A DNA stretch of 64,000 nt from positions 193,256,001 to 193,320,000 of the forward strand of contig NC_086097.1 in assembly GCF_963921235.1 (NCBI RefSeq), in the 5' to 3' direction. Source of the stretch: Mobula hypostoma (lineage: Eukaryota). The position numbers were made by a program, and so were the translations under genes. A model generated the notes under the pieces. It was not told the DNA's origin. It did no database searches and was given only the letters and a program-made list of their open reading frames with translations. Below are positions 23,900-36,083 of the stretch, one piece after another (the first letter of the stretch is position 1; each line of letters opens with the position of its first letter).

Positions 23900-24690
23900 G
23901 AGCAATATAGCACAAATACAAGCCCTTCAGCTCAAGTAGACCACAGTGCCCACTCAGCTAATACTAACTTTCTGAGTTCAACCCATATTGCTCTAAGCCC
24001 CACCCCTGCATGTACCTATTCAAGTGTTTCTGAAACAATACTATTGTACCTGCCACAACCATTTCCTCAGGCAGCTCCTCCCATTACTCACCAACCTCGG
24101 TGTGAGTGAGGTTATCCCTCAAACCCTTTTTAAATATCTCCCCTCACACCCTAGATCTGTGCCCTATGCTGGGGGATTACTGTTACTCAAAGAGATTTAC
24201 CATCTTCCTTGTCTGTGTCTCTCATATTTTATAGAAATGTTTAGTCTTTCATTCCCCTATGCACCAGAGGATAAAGACCTAGCCTTCCCAATCTCTCCCT
24301 ATAAATCAGGCCCTCAAGTCCTGGCAACATCCTTATAAATCTTTTCTTCACTCTTTCTAGTTTAACCACATTATTCCTATGACAGGTTGACCAAAACTAC
24401 ACAGTACTCCAAATGCAGCCTCAACAACACTTACATAACTACAATGTAATTTCCCTGCTCCTAAAATCAATGCCTTGACTTATGAAAGTCAGTGCGCTGA
24501 CTGCCTTTTTTCACTACCTTGTCCACCTGTGAGACTGTTTTCAACAAATTACTCACTGGAATTACCGTGCCTCTGTCCATTAAAGTCCCCAGTGCCACTA
24601 TTCACAGCACACTACAGTCTGAGAAACAATCTTCAACCACCACCCTCCTCTTCCTACCTCGAACCAATTTTTAATCCACATTAGGTTATT
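23900..24690 (-). mobile_element. Highly degenerate CR1 fragment
   Basis: gaccaaaactacacagtactccaaatgcagcc corresponds to the LEYCVQFWS region. Confidence 0.6.
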
Positions 24691-24973
24691 GGTTTACAAA
24701 CCCACAGACACTTGCTGCACTCTCCCACTCAGTCACAAACCCACACATGCTCCCTGCACTCTCTCATTGGGTTACTCATCCCTGACACTCAGAGTGACTG
24801 ACCACAGACACACCTTGCATCGTTCCATTACCATCTCACAGGGTTACAGAACCATAGACACTCACTGTACCATGGGTAACAGACCCTTAAACATTTCATG
24901 TACCTTTCACTGGGTGCACTCTCTGTACCCATTCACTACATCACAGATCTACAGACATTCCCTGTAACCTCTC

Positions 24974-26068
24974 TGTCATAAGGGGGTGGTGCTGGGAGCG
25001 GAACCAAATACAAGACACAGACACTGAAGTACTAGGAACAGGACTAGGATTATCGAGGTAGCAAGGTGTGACAGGAAGAAACGATGCTGGATATGACACA
25101 GGTGCTGCATGAGACTAGGATGTAGGGCCTGGGCTAGGACATGGACAAGAAACACAGAACCCAGACAAGGAACTAGGAACAAGGAGCCTGGACTAGTGAC
25201 GCGGAACTCTGGAACCAGAACCTGGACAAGGACCCAGAACCTGGTTCTTGGTTGGGACTTGGAACTTGGGTCTTGGTTGGGACTCGGAACCAGAACCTGG
25301 GTCTAGGCTAGGACTCAGGACAAGGATCTTGACAAGGACAGGACGTGGAACTCCTGCACAGGACGAGAACACAAAGCCTTGACCTGGACAGGACGAAGTT
25401 CTTGGACGTGGCTTGGACAGAACGAAAGACTCCTGGACAGGACGAGGGAACCCCAGCACAGGATGAGGGAACCTCAGCACCAGGCTGGGCGAGGTACTCC
25501 TGGGCTGGGCGAAGCACATGGGCAGGAATGCAGAACACAGAGCCGGGCCCCTCCTTGGGAACAGGACGTAGGGCCGGGACTCATACACAGAATGCTGAAC
25601 ACAACTAGAAGGTTCTCAACACTTGGTAGCGGCAAACAGCCAAACCTACCTAGCAAAGGCATGGATACAGAGACATTTCCCAACTCAAGGTAGTAGCAAA
25701 CAGCCAGATCTACCTGGCGAAGGCGAGGACACAAAGAGACAGTTCCAAACATCAAAAGACAGTTCCATATCTAGACACAGCAAGGCTCCAGTCTTGCTCT
25801 GACGGTTAAACCTGATAGCAATGCAGGTGAAGGTCGCAAGCGAGGCAAGGCTTCAGAAGGAAGAGGCAGAGACCGGATTCAGACAGGGGGTTTGGACAGG
25901 AACAATCCAGCAGCAAAGCCCTGGTCTCTGGAGGTATTTATCTGTCTGCCCAAATGAGAATCATGTGCCTTAATTAGACCACCCAACAGAACAATGGAAA
26001 ACCTGGAATAAAGATCGATTGACCGGACCATGAATCGGAATGTGGACATCATGGACCTGACCATGACA
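24974..26068 (-). mobile_element. Probable solo LTR (about 1.1 kb) with internal short tandem repeats
   Basis: Termini TGTCAT...ATGACA form an inverted pair; GC-rich; reiterated ggacaag/acaggacgag motifs; ATAAATA on - near 25935. Target duplication is poor (ctctc versus ctatt). Confidence 0.7.
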
Positions 26069-27854
26069 CTATTACTGTTCTATGTGATCCTCTCACTCTA
26101 CTTCATTTAACTCTATTAGAATATTCTTCTGTTCTTTTCTTCATCATATATTTTTCATAATTTACAAATGATCAGCAAAGCATCCTGAAGTGTGAAGGAT
26201 TAGTGGCTTTACACGTGCACATGATAGATTTCTAAATAGGTAGTATATTTGATCATAATTTTAATTAAGAAATTCCAACATGTTTCTATAGATTGCAAGT
26301 GATTATTTTATCCTAATCTTTAAAATAATATTTCATGAAGTTAAATTGTTGTATCAAATCACATCTTAAACTTACATAACATTTGCAGAATTAAAATATA
26401 TGCTGGAATTGGAAGTAAAAAGAGGAAGCACAGAACATGCCGCTCAATATATAAACCATGTTTTTTCTTTGCTCTGCTTTCAAGCAAGCTTCACTGAAGT
26501 TTGGGAAACTTTCTGTGCTACTGCACTTCAGGTTGAAACAGCTAATTTAAATTGCCATACTTCCTAAATGGTTTTGCATTAGTTTCCTACAAGTATTAAC
26601 ATGTTAATGGTCCTGACTTTAGAGCTAATCCCTTTTTAACAATGTCTATGGCATTTTAAATATATTTCTTTCCTTTGCTGTTAATACTGCACTTCATTCA
26701 GCATTCAGAGTCAGAAAGACCCATTGATCTGGTAATCTAAATCAACATTTTAAGCTCTTTGTCCCATTTCTTCATTCTTATACTTGCCCTTTCTACTAAA
26801 GGTACCAGCACTTACTAGTGAACAATTTTGGAGACCTTAGCCAATTTTAGGTAATTCATTCAGATGGCTTCTCTTCGTATTTTATGGTTGGGTATACTCT
26901 TACTAAGATTACAGATCCTAAAAAAGACACTGGTTAGTTAGCTCACAAAGACTCACGAGTGTACACACTGACTAAAGTTCACCATGTACACTCGTGTGAA
27001 TCTCAGCTGTTGTCATGGTAGAGCTTAGTTAACTTGTCACAGTCCGGGGGGATTAGATCTGGGAACCTCTGATCTGCATGGTTTGACTGCTCTATTTATA
27101 ATTCAGCAAATCTGCCAAATGGGCTTCAAGTTGCATGGTTTATCAGCATCTCACATAAAGACTTTATCCTGGGAATTCACTGGAACTGATCCAGTCTCTG
27201 GTGATTTATGAAAATCATTAAGCTAATGGCAATTTCTGGCTAAACTCTTAAATCCAGAATCCTTCTTCTTTCACACCTAGTGAGATCTGTAAAGACCCCA
27301 ATTATAAACAGGCAGCTCTTGCAGTTCCTACTCACAAAGAAGCCTCAGCACGTAGGGAAATGAAGACCACCCGTGTGTATGTTGCTCTCGTGTATTACAT
27401 ATTCTGTTTAGCTTTTTTGGTTTCAAAGTTCTTTATTTCTAATTGGAGCTTAAATTCAGAGTCACCATAACTCAGTTGATTCAGGAATGTAACTGGGCTA
27501 ACAAAGCCTTTGCAAGTCCCAGATAAATTACTTGGTGGGTGGAGGAGTGATTTTAAAAAACTTACCAAGGATAATTTACGGAACATGTATGAGAATACCA
27601 GCCAGTAGTTGGCCATCCTCTCACACATTCAATCAATGTTTACATGTCTATTCAGCTGGCAACTATTGCACACACTTTATTTTAAGCTGTGTCAAACAAT
27701 TCATTTAAAGTTTTGCCGTGGAACACCTCAGGTTTTCTCCATAGCCATTTATTGGTGCTGCTTAAATAGAAATTCTACAGTTGTAGCTGTGGCTGGAGCC
27801 TGTGACCTGAAGGATCTGGAAAGCTTCCCATAAACAATCATTCAATGCTTTTGA

Positions 27855-29557
27855 TTCAAGATTCAAGATTGCTTAATGTCATTTCCAGTACACAAGTGTA
27901 AAGAAGAACAAAATAATTGTTACTCTGGATCTGAAGCAGCACAGAAAAAAACACAATGAGATAAAACAACAGTAATAATAAAAGCACAATAAGTATAAAT
28001 ATAAAAGGTATCTTATATACGTAGATTGTTTGTATGTCCATAAAGTGACGCTGAGCACAGAAGTGTCTGTACAGAAGGAAGCTGACAAAACATGATAAAG
28101 TAGTGGTCACGAGGAAATCTGCAGATGCTGGAAATTCAAGCAACACACACAAAAAATGCTGGTGAACGCAGCAGGCCAGGCAGCATTTATAGGAAGAGGT
28201 ACAGTCAACATTTCGGGAGGGGTGAGTTAGTCAATGGAGGTATTAATCAGCTTTACTGCTTGGGGAGATTAAGTCAAGTCGAATTTATTGTCATTTAACT
28301 ATATACATGTATACCAGAATCAGAACCATGTTTATTATCAGCGGCATGTGAAGTGAAATTTGTTAACTTAGCAGCAGCAGTTCAATGCAATACATAATCT
28401 AGCAGAGAGAGAAAAATAATAATAAATATAATAAAACATAATAAATAAACAAGTAAATCAATTACATATATTGAATAGATTTTTTTAAATGTGCAAAAAC
28501 AGAAATACTCTATATTAAAAAAGTGAGGTAGTGTCCAAAGCTTCATTGTCCGTTTAGGAATCGGATGATACCGTCAAGTGAGACAGTATTTCTCCAAACC
28601 GGGGTGTAAAGCACGGTAGTATACATAACATACATAACAGATAATAACTTATGAAAGAATCAATGAAATCTACAGATGAATTAAACTAAAGTGCATAAAT
28701 CAAATATTGTAAGGTACAGAACAGATGAAGCAGTGACATTTAAATGCAATGCGGCAGGGGGCTCAGAAGCCTGGGGGGTAACTGTTTCTGCATCGGAGTC
28801 TCCTGCCTGATGGTAGAAAGTCAAAGAGGATGCTGGATGGATGAGTGGGATCCTTAATAATACTAAGGGCCCTGCATATGCAACGCTCCTGATAAACGTA
28901 CCTGATGGATGGTAGGGAGACCCCCACACGCTTCTCAGCTGTTCTCACAGTCCTTTGTAGGGCCTTCCACTCCAATACTCGACTGCTCACGTGCCAGACA
29001 GAGGTGCCACTTGTCAGGATGTTCACAATGGTGTTCCTATAAAATGCAGTTAAGATGTGGAGTGCGGAAGCCTCACTTTCCTCAATTTTCTTAGGAAGTG
29101 AAGATGCTGCTGTGCCTTCTTGTTCAGGGAGGTGATATTAAGGGACCAGGTGAGGTCATCCGTGATGTGAACTCCCAGGAATTTGGTGCATTTTACTCTC
29201 TCTACAGAGGAGCCAGAGGGGGATAGTTCATCTGCATCTTCTTGAGGTCCACCATGATTTCCTTTGTCTTCTCCACATTCAGACTTGGGTTGTTCTTCTC
29301 ACACCAATCCACCAGACCACTCCACTTCCTCACTGTGCTTCAACTCATCATTGTTGGTGATGAGGCCAACCACTGTTGGGTCATCTGCAAACTTGACGGC
29401 ATACTTTGAGTTGAATCCAGTGACAGTCATGCATTAGCAATGTGAACAGCAACGGGCTGAGCACAACTGTTTTTGAATCTGATGGTCCTGGCGTGGATGC
29501 TACATAGCCTCTTCCCTGATGGAAGTGGGACAAACAGTCCATGAGCAGGGTGGGTGG
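27855..29557 (-). mobile_element. Stack of Rex1-like LINE and SINE remnants with a truncated Penelope terminal repeat at about 28108-28218
   Basis: VLSPLLFTLLMHDC and KALQRTVRTAEK motifs; several (ttcaaga)/(aagtc)/(cagaa) type tails. Confidence 0.65.
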
Positions 29558-30253
29558 TGTTAAGTTTGTAACTCCAAAAAAATCTAACTGCAAGAAAAAG
29601 TCAGAGCTAGGAATACAAATCTAACTTCATTTCTTTTAATTTAAGTGAGGCATGTAATTGCATATACTATATATGTACTTTTACATAAAACCTGCAATGC
29701 ACTATGTAAACAAAGAATGCTTAATCAAACAATATATTTACAATATTACTCTAATATTACTGAAATATTAAATACACAACATTCCTCCCTGCTTAGACGT
29801 AAACTCCAACTCAATATAGAATGCACTGCAACTATATACACAGTATACTATAAAATACAACTCTATATAAACATCCACAGCATAGTAAATCTTAAATTGT
29901 CCCATTCAGGCCTCAAGATTTAATCGCTGTGGAGGCTTTCTTACTCTTGTGGGATAACATTTTTCCTGACAGGGGGAATTACTCTACTTGTGGTTGTGAA
30001 AATAATCACATGTTCTGGGCTTCCTCCGTGATGCTTATAGGAGTTGAATGTGAGAATGCAGAAAGTGGTTCTGGACACCATTCTTCTCCTTTTCTGCTTC
30101 TCTTTTGTCTCTCGCCTTCCTTTTACTTCTTCTAGTTTCTTGTGAGTATCTCTGAATTTGCTAATTTCTCTAGAAATCTGGTCTCATTTCTCCTTTTCCA
30201 TTTCCATTGCACTTTTGTCATCCTTCTCTTTCTTTTCCTTTTTCTTCTTTCTA

Positions 30254-30570
30254 GGTGTGGGCACATGGCCAAGTAGTTAAGGCATTGGACTAGCAACCTG
30301 AAGGTCGTGAGTTCGAGCCCCAGCTGAGGCAATGTGTGTTGTGTCCTTGAGCAAGGCACTTAACCTGACATTGCTCAGAGGCGACACTAGTGCCAAGCTG
30401 TATGGGTCCTAATGCCCTTCCCTTGGACAGCATTGGTGTCGTAGAGAGGGGAGACTTGCAGCATGGGCAACTGCTGGTCTTCCATACAACCTTGCCCAGG
30501 CCTGCGCCCTGGAAAGTGAAAACTTTCCCAGGCGCAGATCCATGGTCTCACAAGACTAATGGATGCCTTT
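30254..30570 (+). mobile_element. tRNA-derived SINE
   Basis: A box TGGCCAAGTAG (30266) and B box GAGTTCGAGCC (30309), followed by gtgtccttgagcaaggcactt and a non-tRNA body. Confidence 0.8.
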
Positions 30571-30839
30571 TAGGAGCTTTCTCTTTTTAATCCTTCTTCT
30601 GATCTATCCCAGGCCACCGGACAAAGCTCCGAGCCAATGCTTTCATTTTGACCATGCCTAGATGCATGTAGCTCCTCCAAAACGTCAGCTCTCAGCTTAG
30701 ATGGTACGGCAACTCTCAATCCCCACATAAGGCAGCCTCCATCAAGGGCAAGTTCATCTCAGTACTGGTAAACAGAATTTCTACTGTACATTCCAGGCAT
30801 TTTGAGTGGCCATACAGACCTGAGTGAGCGTGAGGTCTT

Positions 30840-32388
30840 CACAAACAAAAGAGAAGCTGCAGATGCTGGAAATCCAAGCGACACATGCACAAAATGCTGG
30901 AGGAACTCAGCAGGCCAGGCAGCTTTGATGGAAAAAAGTACAGTCGACGTTTCGGGCCGAGACCCTTTGGCAGGACTGCAGAAAAAATGCTGAGGAGTAG
31001 GTTTAAAATGTGGGGGAGGGGAGAGAGAAACACAAGGAGATAAAGAAAACTGGGAAGGGAAGGGGTGAAGAAAATTGTTGGGAAATTGACTGGTGAAAGA
31101 GCTGGAGAAGGAGGAGTCTGATAGGTGGGGATAGAAGGCCATGGAAGAAAGAAAAAGGGGGAGGAGCACCAGGAGGAGGTGATGGGCAGGCAAAGAAATA
31201 AGGTGAGAGAAGGAGAAGGGGATGGAGAATGATGAAGGAGAGGGTGGGGTGGCAGGCATTATCGGAAGTTCAAGAAATCGATGTTCATGCCATCAGATTG
31301 GAGGCTACCCAGAGGGAATATAAGGTGTTATGTGGCCTCATCGCAACAGTGGAAGAGGCCATGATGGATGGACATATTGGAATGGGAATGGGAAATGGAA
31401 TTAAAATAGGTGGCCACTGGGAGATCCCACTTCTTCTGGTGGACGGAGCGTAGGTGCTCAGTAAAGCAGTCTCTTCAATCTACGCCAGGTCTCACCGATG
31501 TACAGGAGGCCACACTGGGAACTCTGGACACAGTACATGACCCCAATAGACTCACAGGTAAAGTGTCGTCTCACCTGGAAGGGCTCTTTGGGTCCATGAA
31601 TGGCAGTCAGGGAGGAGGTGTAGGGGAAGCTGTAGCACTTGCTCCTCTTGCAAGGATAAGTGCCAGAAGGGAGATCAGTGGGGAGGGACAAATGGAAAAG
31701 GGAGACGCACAGGGAACGCTTCCTGTGGAGAGAAGAAAGTGGGAGGGGTAGAGAAAGATGTGCTTGGTGGTGCGATCCCGTCTGAGATGGCAGAAGTTAC
31801 GTAGAATTATGTCCTGGACGCGGAGGCTGGTGGGGTCGTAGGTGAGGACAAGAGGAACCCTATCCCCGGTAGGGTGGTGGGAGGATGGGGTAAGAGCAGT
31901 CATGAGCGAAATGGAAGTGATGCAGTTGACGTCAGTGTTGATGGTGGAGGAAGGGAAGCCCCTTTTCTTTGAAAAAGGAGGACATCTCCTTCATTCTAGA
32001 ATGAAAAGCCTCATCCTGAGAGCAGATATGGCGGAGTCAGAGGAATCCAGTGCCCAACCCCTTTTCTCTCTCTCCTTGCCTGCCCATCGCCTCCATCTGG
32101 TGCTCCTCCCATGCCTTTCTTTCTTCCATGGCCTCCTATCCCCACCTATCAGACTCCCCTTCTGTAGCCCTCTATCTCTTTCATCAGTCAATTTCCCAGC
32201 TATTTACTTCATCCCTCCCCCTCCTGGTTTTACCTATCACTTTGTGTTTCTCTCCCCCACCCCAACCTTTTAAATCTACTCCTCATCTTTTATCTCCAGT
32301 CCTGCTGAAGTGTTTCGGCCTGAAATGTCGACTGTACTTTTTTCCATAGATGCTGCCTGGCCTGCTGAGTTCCACCAGCATTTTGTGA
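30840..32388. mobile_element. Penelope-like element with inverted structure (- body about 30840-32040; + terminal repeat about 32050-32388)
   Basis: SGTYPCKRSKCYS...RRHFTCESIGVMYCVQSSQCGLLYIGET (GIY-YIG) and VPLVLTYDPTS. Mutated hammerhead motifs at 30942-30977 (-) and about 32298-32333 (+). Confidence 0.85.
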
Positions 32389-32664
32389 CGGTGGAGCTGG
32401 TTTCCCTTTGTATCATCTCTGCCATAATAGAGAGACTTTTGATTTGCATTAGGGAGAAAATGTCAAGAACTATGGTCTCTTTTGTAATTTTTTCAGATAC
32501 TTCATTTTCCAAGGGTAAACAGGACAATTCATCAGAATTTCCATGAAAGGTCATCCTCTTGAATTCAATCTTGTAATTGTGTCCTCCAAGAAACAGAGCA
32601 TTCGTACTGCTGATGTTAGTGGAACACCCTTCTGTGGATTGAAAATGGACACTGGTGGTTGATG

Positions 32665-32762
32665 TAACACACATAAAAGTTGCTGGTGAATGCAGCATCT
32701 CTAGAAAGAGGTACAGTCGACGTTTCGGGCAGAGACCCTTCGTCGGGACTAACTGAAGGAAA
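32665..32762 (-). mobile_element. Short Penelope terminal-repeat fragment with near-intact hammerhead motif
   Basis: - strand agtcCCGACGAagggtctctgcccGAAACGTCgact has one core substitution. Confidence 0.8.
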
Positions 32763-33542
32763 AGCTTGTCAAATGGTGGTTGATGATCAGTAATGAGGGT
32801 AAACTCTCTCCCATTCTGGTTGAAACGTTTTACCAGACTCAAGGTGTCTCTGTCAATCTGTGCGTAATTTTTATCTGCAGTGGTAAGGAAACATGACACA
32901 GAAGCAATGAAGCAATTCCTTCCATCAGTCAGAACATGTGCTATAACGGATCTTATACCATAAGGTGAAGCTGGACTTCACTGCAAGCTTCACTGGACGA
33001 TGTGGATTATAATGTGTGAGTACAGAGTCTGACTCACCATTTCCTTTGCTTTTTTGAAAGCCATCTCGCACTGCTTTATCCATTGCCATTTCTTCCTGGT
33101 CTGCAGTAACGAGTTCAAGGGATACAGCCAGGTTTGGAGGAATCTGTTATTGTAATTGACAAATCCTGAAAAGGGCAAAAACACTGACATGTCCTTTGAC
33201 CTTGGAGCAATCACCACTGTTTGAATTCTCTCGGCACACTTGTGTAAAACTTCTGCACCGATGTTGTGACCACAGTAAGTGATGTTTGGTTTAAATAATT
33301 CACACTTGTTGCATTGTGCTGGGCCCATAATCTTCTAATCTTTTTAACATTGTCTTCAGCTTTTGCAGATGTCTCTCGTCATCCTCACTGGCAACACTTA
33401 TACCAACCAGGTAACACTGGGTGCCAGGGCAGCCTTGCAACACCTGGTCCACAGCTTTCCACCAGAGTGCAAGTGTAGATGTTACTCCAAAAATAAGCCT
33501 ATTATAGCGATAAATCCCTTTTGAGTGCTTATGATTAGAAAC

Positions 33543-34100
33543 TGTTAGAGTGAGTTTTTGGGTAGATGATTTATTTACACTTAAATGACTCTGGCCACCA
33601 GACTTCTATTTGACAAAGTATTGTGGATTGAGTTCAGAACAATGTGCTTCCTAAAAAGGTGTGAATAACAGATGCTTCTGGCGCCGTAGTTTGACCAGAT
33701 GCTGTAGTTTTGAGGACAGTATTATCTATACTTTATAAACATTAATTGTCTTCTATGTTAGCACGTAAAATGCCAAATAAATGTATTGTGGATTTAACTT
33801 GCATCCCTAAAGGCTGTGGATACCAACGCAGACATGTTGGCATCAGAAGGAAAGGATAAAGTCAGGAGGTGTGATGTTTTGTATGTAGCTTCAAAAGGAA
33901 GCATTGTCTATAACTTTAAGTAGTGATTGCCTTTTGTGTTTAGCATATAAATATCAAGCCCACATTGGGCTAGCAGACCTTTCCACCGAAAGTGTCTCCA
34001 TCCGTATGATGCCTGCTGCATCTTGTTGTGTCGAATAAAGAAGCTGCTTCGTGTCTACCAGTGACTCTGTCTCTTCGGTGCTTTCATCCACGCTACAACA
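33543..34100 (+). mobile_element. Solo LTR, 558 bp, with 5-bp target duplication GAAAC
   Basis: TGTT...AACA termini; gaaac at 33538-33542 and 34101-34105; AATAAA near 34034. Removing it rejoins the host Gypsy RT (EEVSKVFL / ISTQKGIYRYNRLIFGV). Confidence 0.9.
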
Positions 34101-34669
34101 GAAACACTTTGGACACTTCTTCCATCTCTATCTGTAGATAGGCCTTTTCCTCCAGAAAAGTTTGCAAAGATATTCTCTATCCTGATCTACTTTCAGTACT
34201 GAGTTGACATTGACCTTAAAATTACCACAGATCCTGACAGATCCATCCCTCTTGGCTATTGGGTCCACTGGTGTTGTCCATGGGCCCCATTCAACCTTAG
34301 AAAGGATTCCCTCAGCCTTCATGCACTCTAACACACTAACTACTTCATCATATAAGGAATCAGACAGGTTTTGCAAAACTCAAGTGTGTCATTTTCATTT
34401 AACACTAATTTACCCTTAATATGTTTGAGTTTTCCAGTGTCATCCGGAACACTGTGCGGTATCATCCAGCACCTTTCTTACTTCACATTCACTTGACTCT
34501 ATTGCAGGGAATGTGGCATGCAAATCAAACTGTAATTGTCTCAGTCAATCATGACCCCACAATGCTGGCCCTTCTGTTTTTACCATATACAAGCCCAACG
34601 TGACATTGTGATTTTGTTGTATTTCACTGCTACAAATGTCATTCCCACCGAAGTTATCTTTTCTCCAGT

Positions 34670-36083
34670 TGTTTCATATGGCAGGTGTTTTTCTCTTCAC
34701 AATTCTAACTGTTTTTTGTCAAGCCACTGCTCCAGCTCATGGCCACATCAATGGACCGCGGCAAAGCCATCTCAGATCTTGATGAGAGGGCATGTTTGGA
34801 CCAGGTGGAGGACGTCTTGGGTTGGGGCACCATAGGGCAAGCTGGGGTTTTTTCAGGTGCCCCACCGGCTTAGTGTTTGTGCTGTTTTGGCATGTCAACC
34901 TCTGAGTCTATTTTCTGGTAGCTGTAATAAAGCCTGGGAGGAGCAAGATGGGGTTGTTGATCAGATCTCCACCGGGGGGGGAGGTGCAGTTGGTGATCGT
35001 TGGTGTGTCAGTATTGGTGCCATTCAGTATTTGTCATAGGAGTTGAGGTTTTTCAAGTTGTAGAAATGTTTTCGGGATTTGAGTCAGGTAGTTGAAGGAG
35101 CAGTTTCAAAGAGTTTAAGAACTGGAAAGTTGTTGGGCATATTTTGGATACGCTTGTAGAATTTTGCTGAAACTGTTCTTCTACAGATCTCTGGGGGTGC
35201 TCATTGTAGGGAGCCGTTGGACAGGTGTGGATTTTAGGGCTCCTGAGATTATTCTCATGGAAGTATGGTGCTGTGTATTGATTATGCTTGTATGAGCACT
35301 TCTTTCCTAAGTGGGTGTGCAATATTCGGTGACTGGGAAATATAGTGCTGGGCTAGATGCTTGTAGGACTGGCTGGTTAGCATCCATTTGGTTCCTGCTA
35401 TCTTCCTGATCATAGATGTTCTAGATTTTAGTTTCTTTACAACATTTTGAAGGTGGACCTTGTATGAAAGAGCTCGATCAAGTGTGACACATTAGTACTT
35501 TGGGTCTGGATCATTGGGTAGCTGATTGTCATTTAGTATGATATTAAGTTTAAGCTTGGTTAGTCGGTTGTCCAGCTGAAATATGGAAGTTACTGTTGTG
35601 TTGACATTCATATTTAGATACAAATTTGAGAAGTAGTTGGATAGGGATTTGATATCTTGGATAAGGTTCTTTTCAATGGATTTGACATTGTTCAATTGGA
35701 AGGCTATGTCCCAGTCATCAGCATATCCAAATTTAGCAGATTTGGTTTCAGGGAGGTCACTGAGGTCGTGATTGAACAAGGTTGGAGCCAGAACTGACCC
35801 CTGGGGTCACCATTGCAGAATTTCATAATGCGACTGGTGTTGCTTCCTAGTCAAGTCCAGTCGCATTCCTAGTCAAGTGAAGAAAGAATGGGTGCCTGTC
35901 ATTCTGTGGAGGAGATGTAGGATCTTTTTACATGGGATCGTTCTGTCTAGTTCTAGTATTAAGCCTTAGTTCCAAGTGGAGTCATGCAGCAGATAAATTG
36001 ATAAAAATTGCTCCAGTTTCCAGCCTGATTTGATGTATGCCGACTTGTTCAATGATATTGTGGTGTTGTCTGAACCCAGCTTG
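34670..36083 (-). mobile_element. Degenerate Ingi/Vingi-like non-LTR retrotransposon
   Basis: SDLPETKSAKFGYADD...SIFQLDNR...PKY then VTLDRALSY, C-terminal GAPTQDVLHLVQTCP and 3' end gccatatgaaacaa. Inserted in the Gypsy protease region (LRTYT / GEKIT). Confidence 0.7.

Noticed and set aside
25109..25755. Cluster of overlapping repetitive ORFs
   Set aside because: Produced by GC-rich short tandem motifs within a probable solo LTR; no domain signature.
30254..30330. Possible tRNA gene
   Set aside because: Continues into a SINE body with no proper acceptor stem or T-run terminator.
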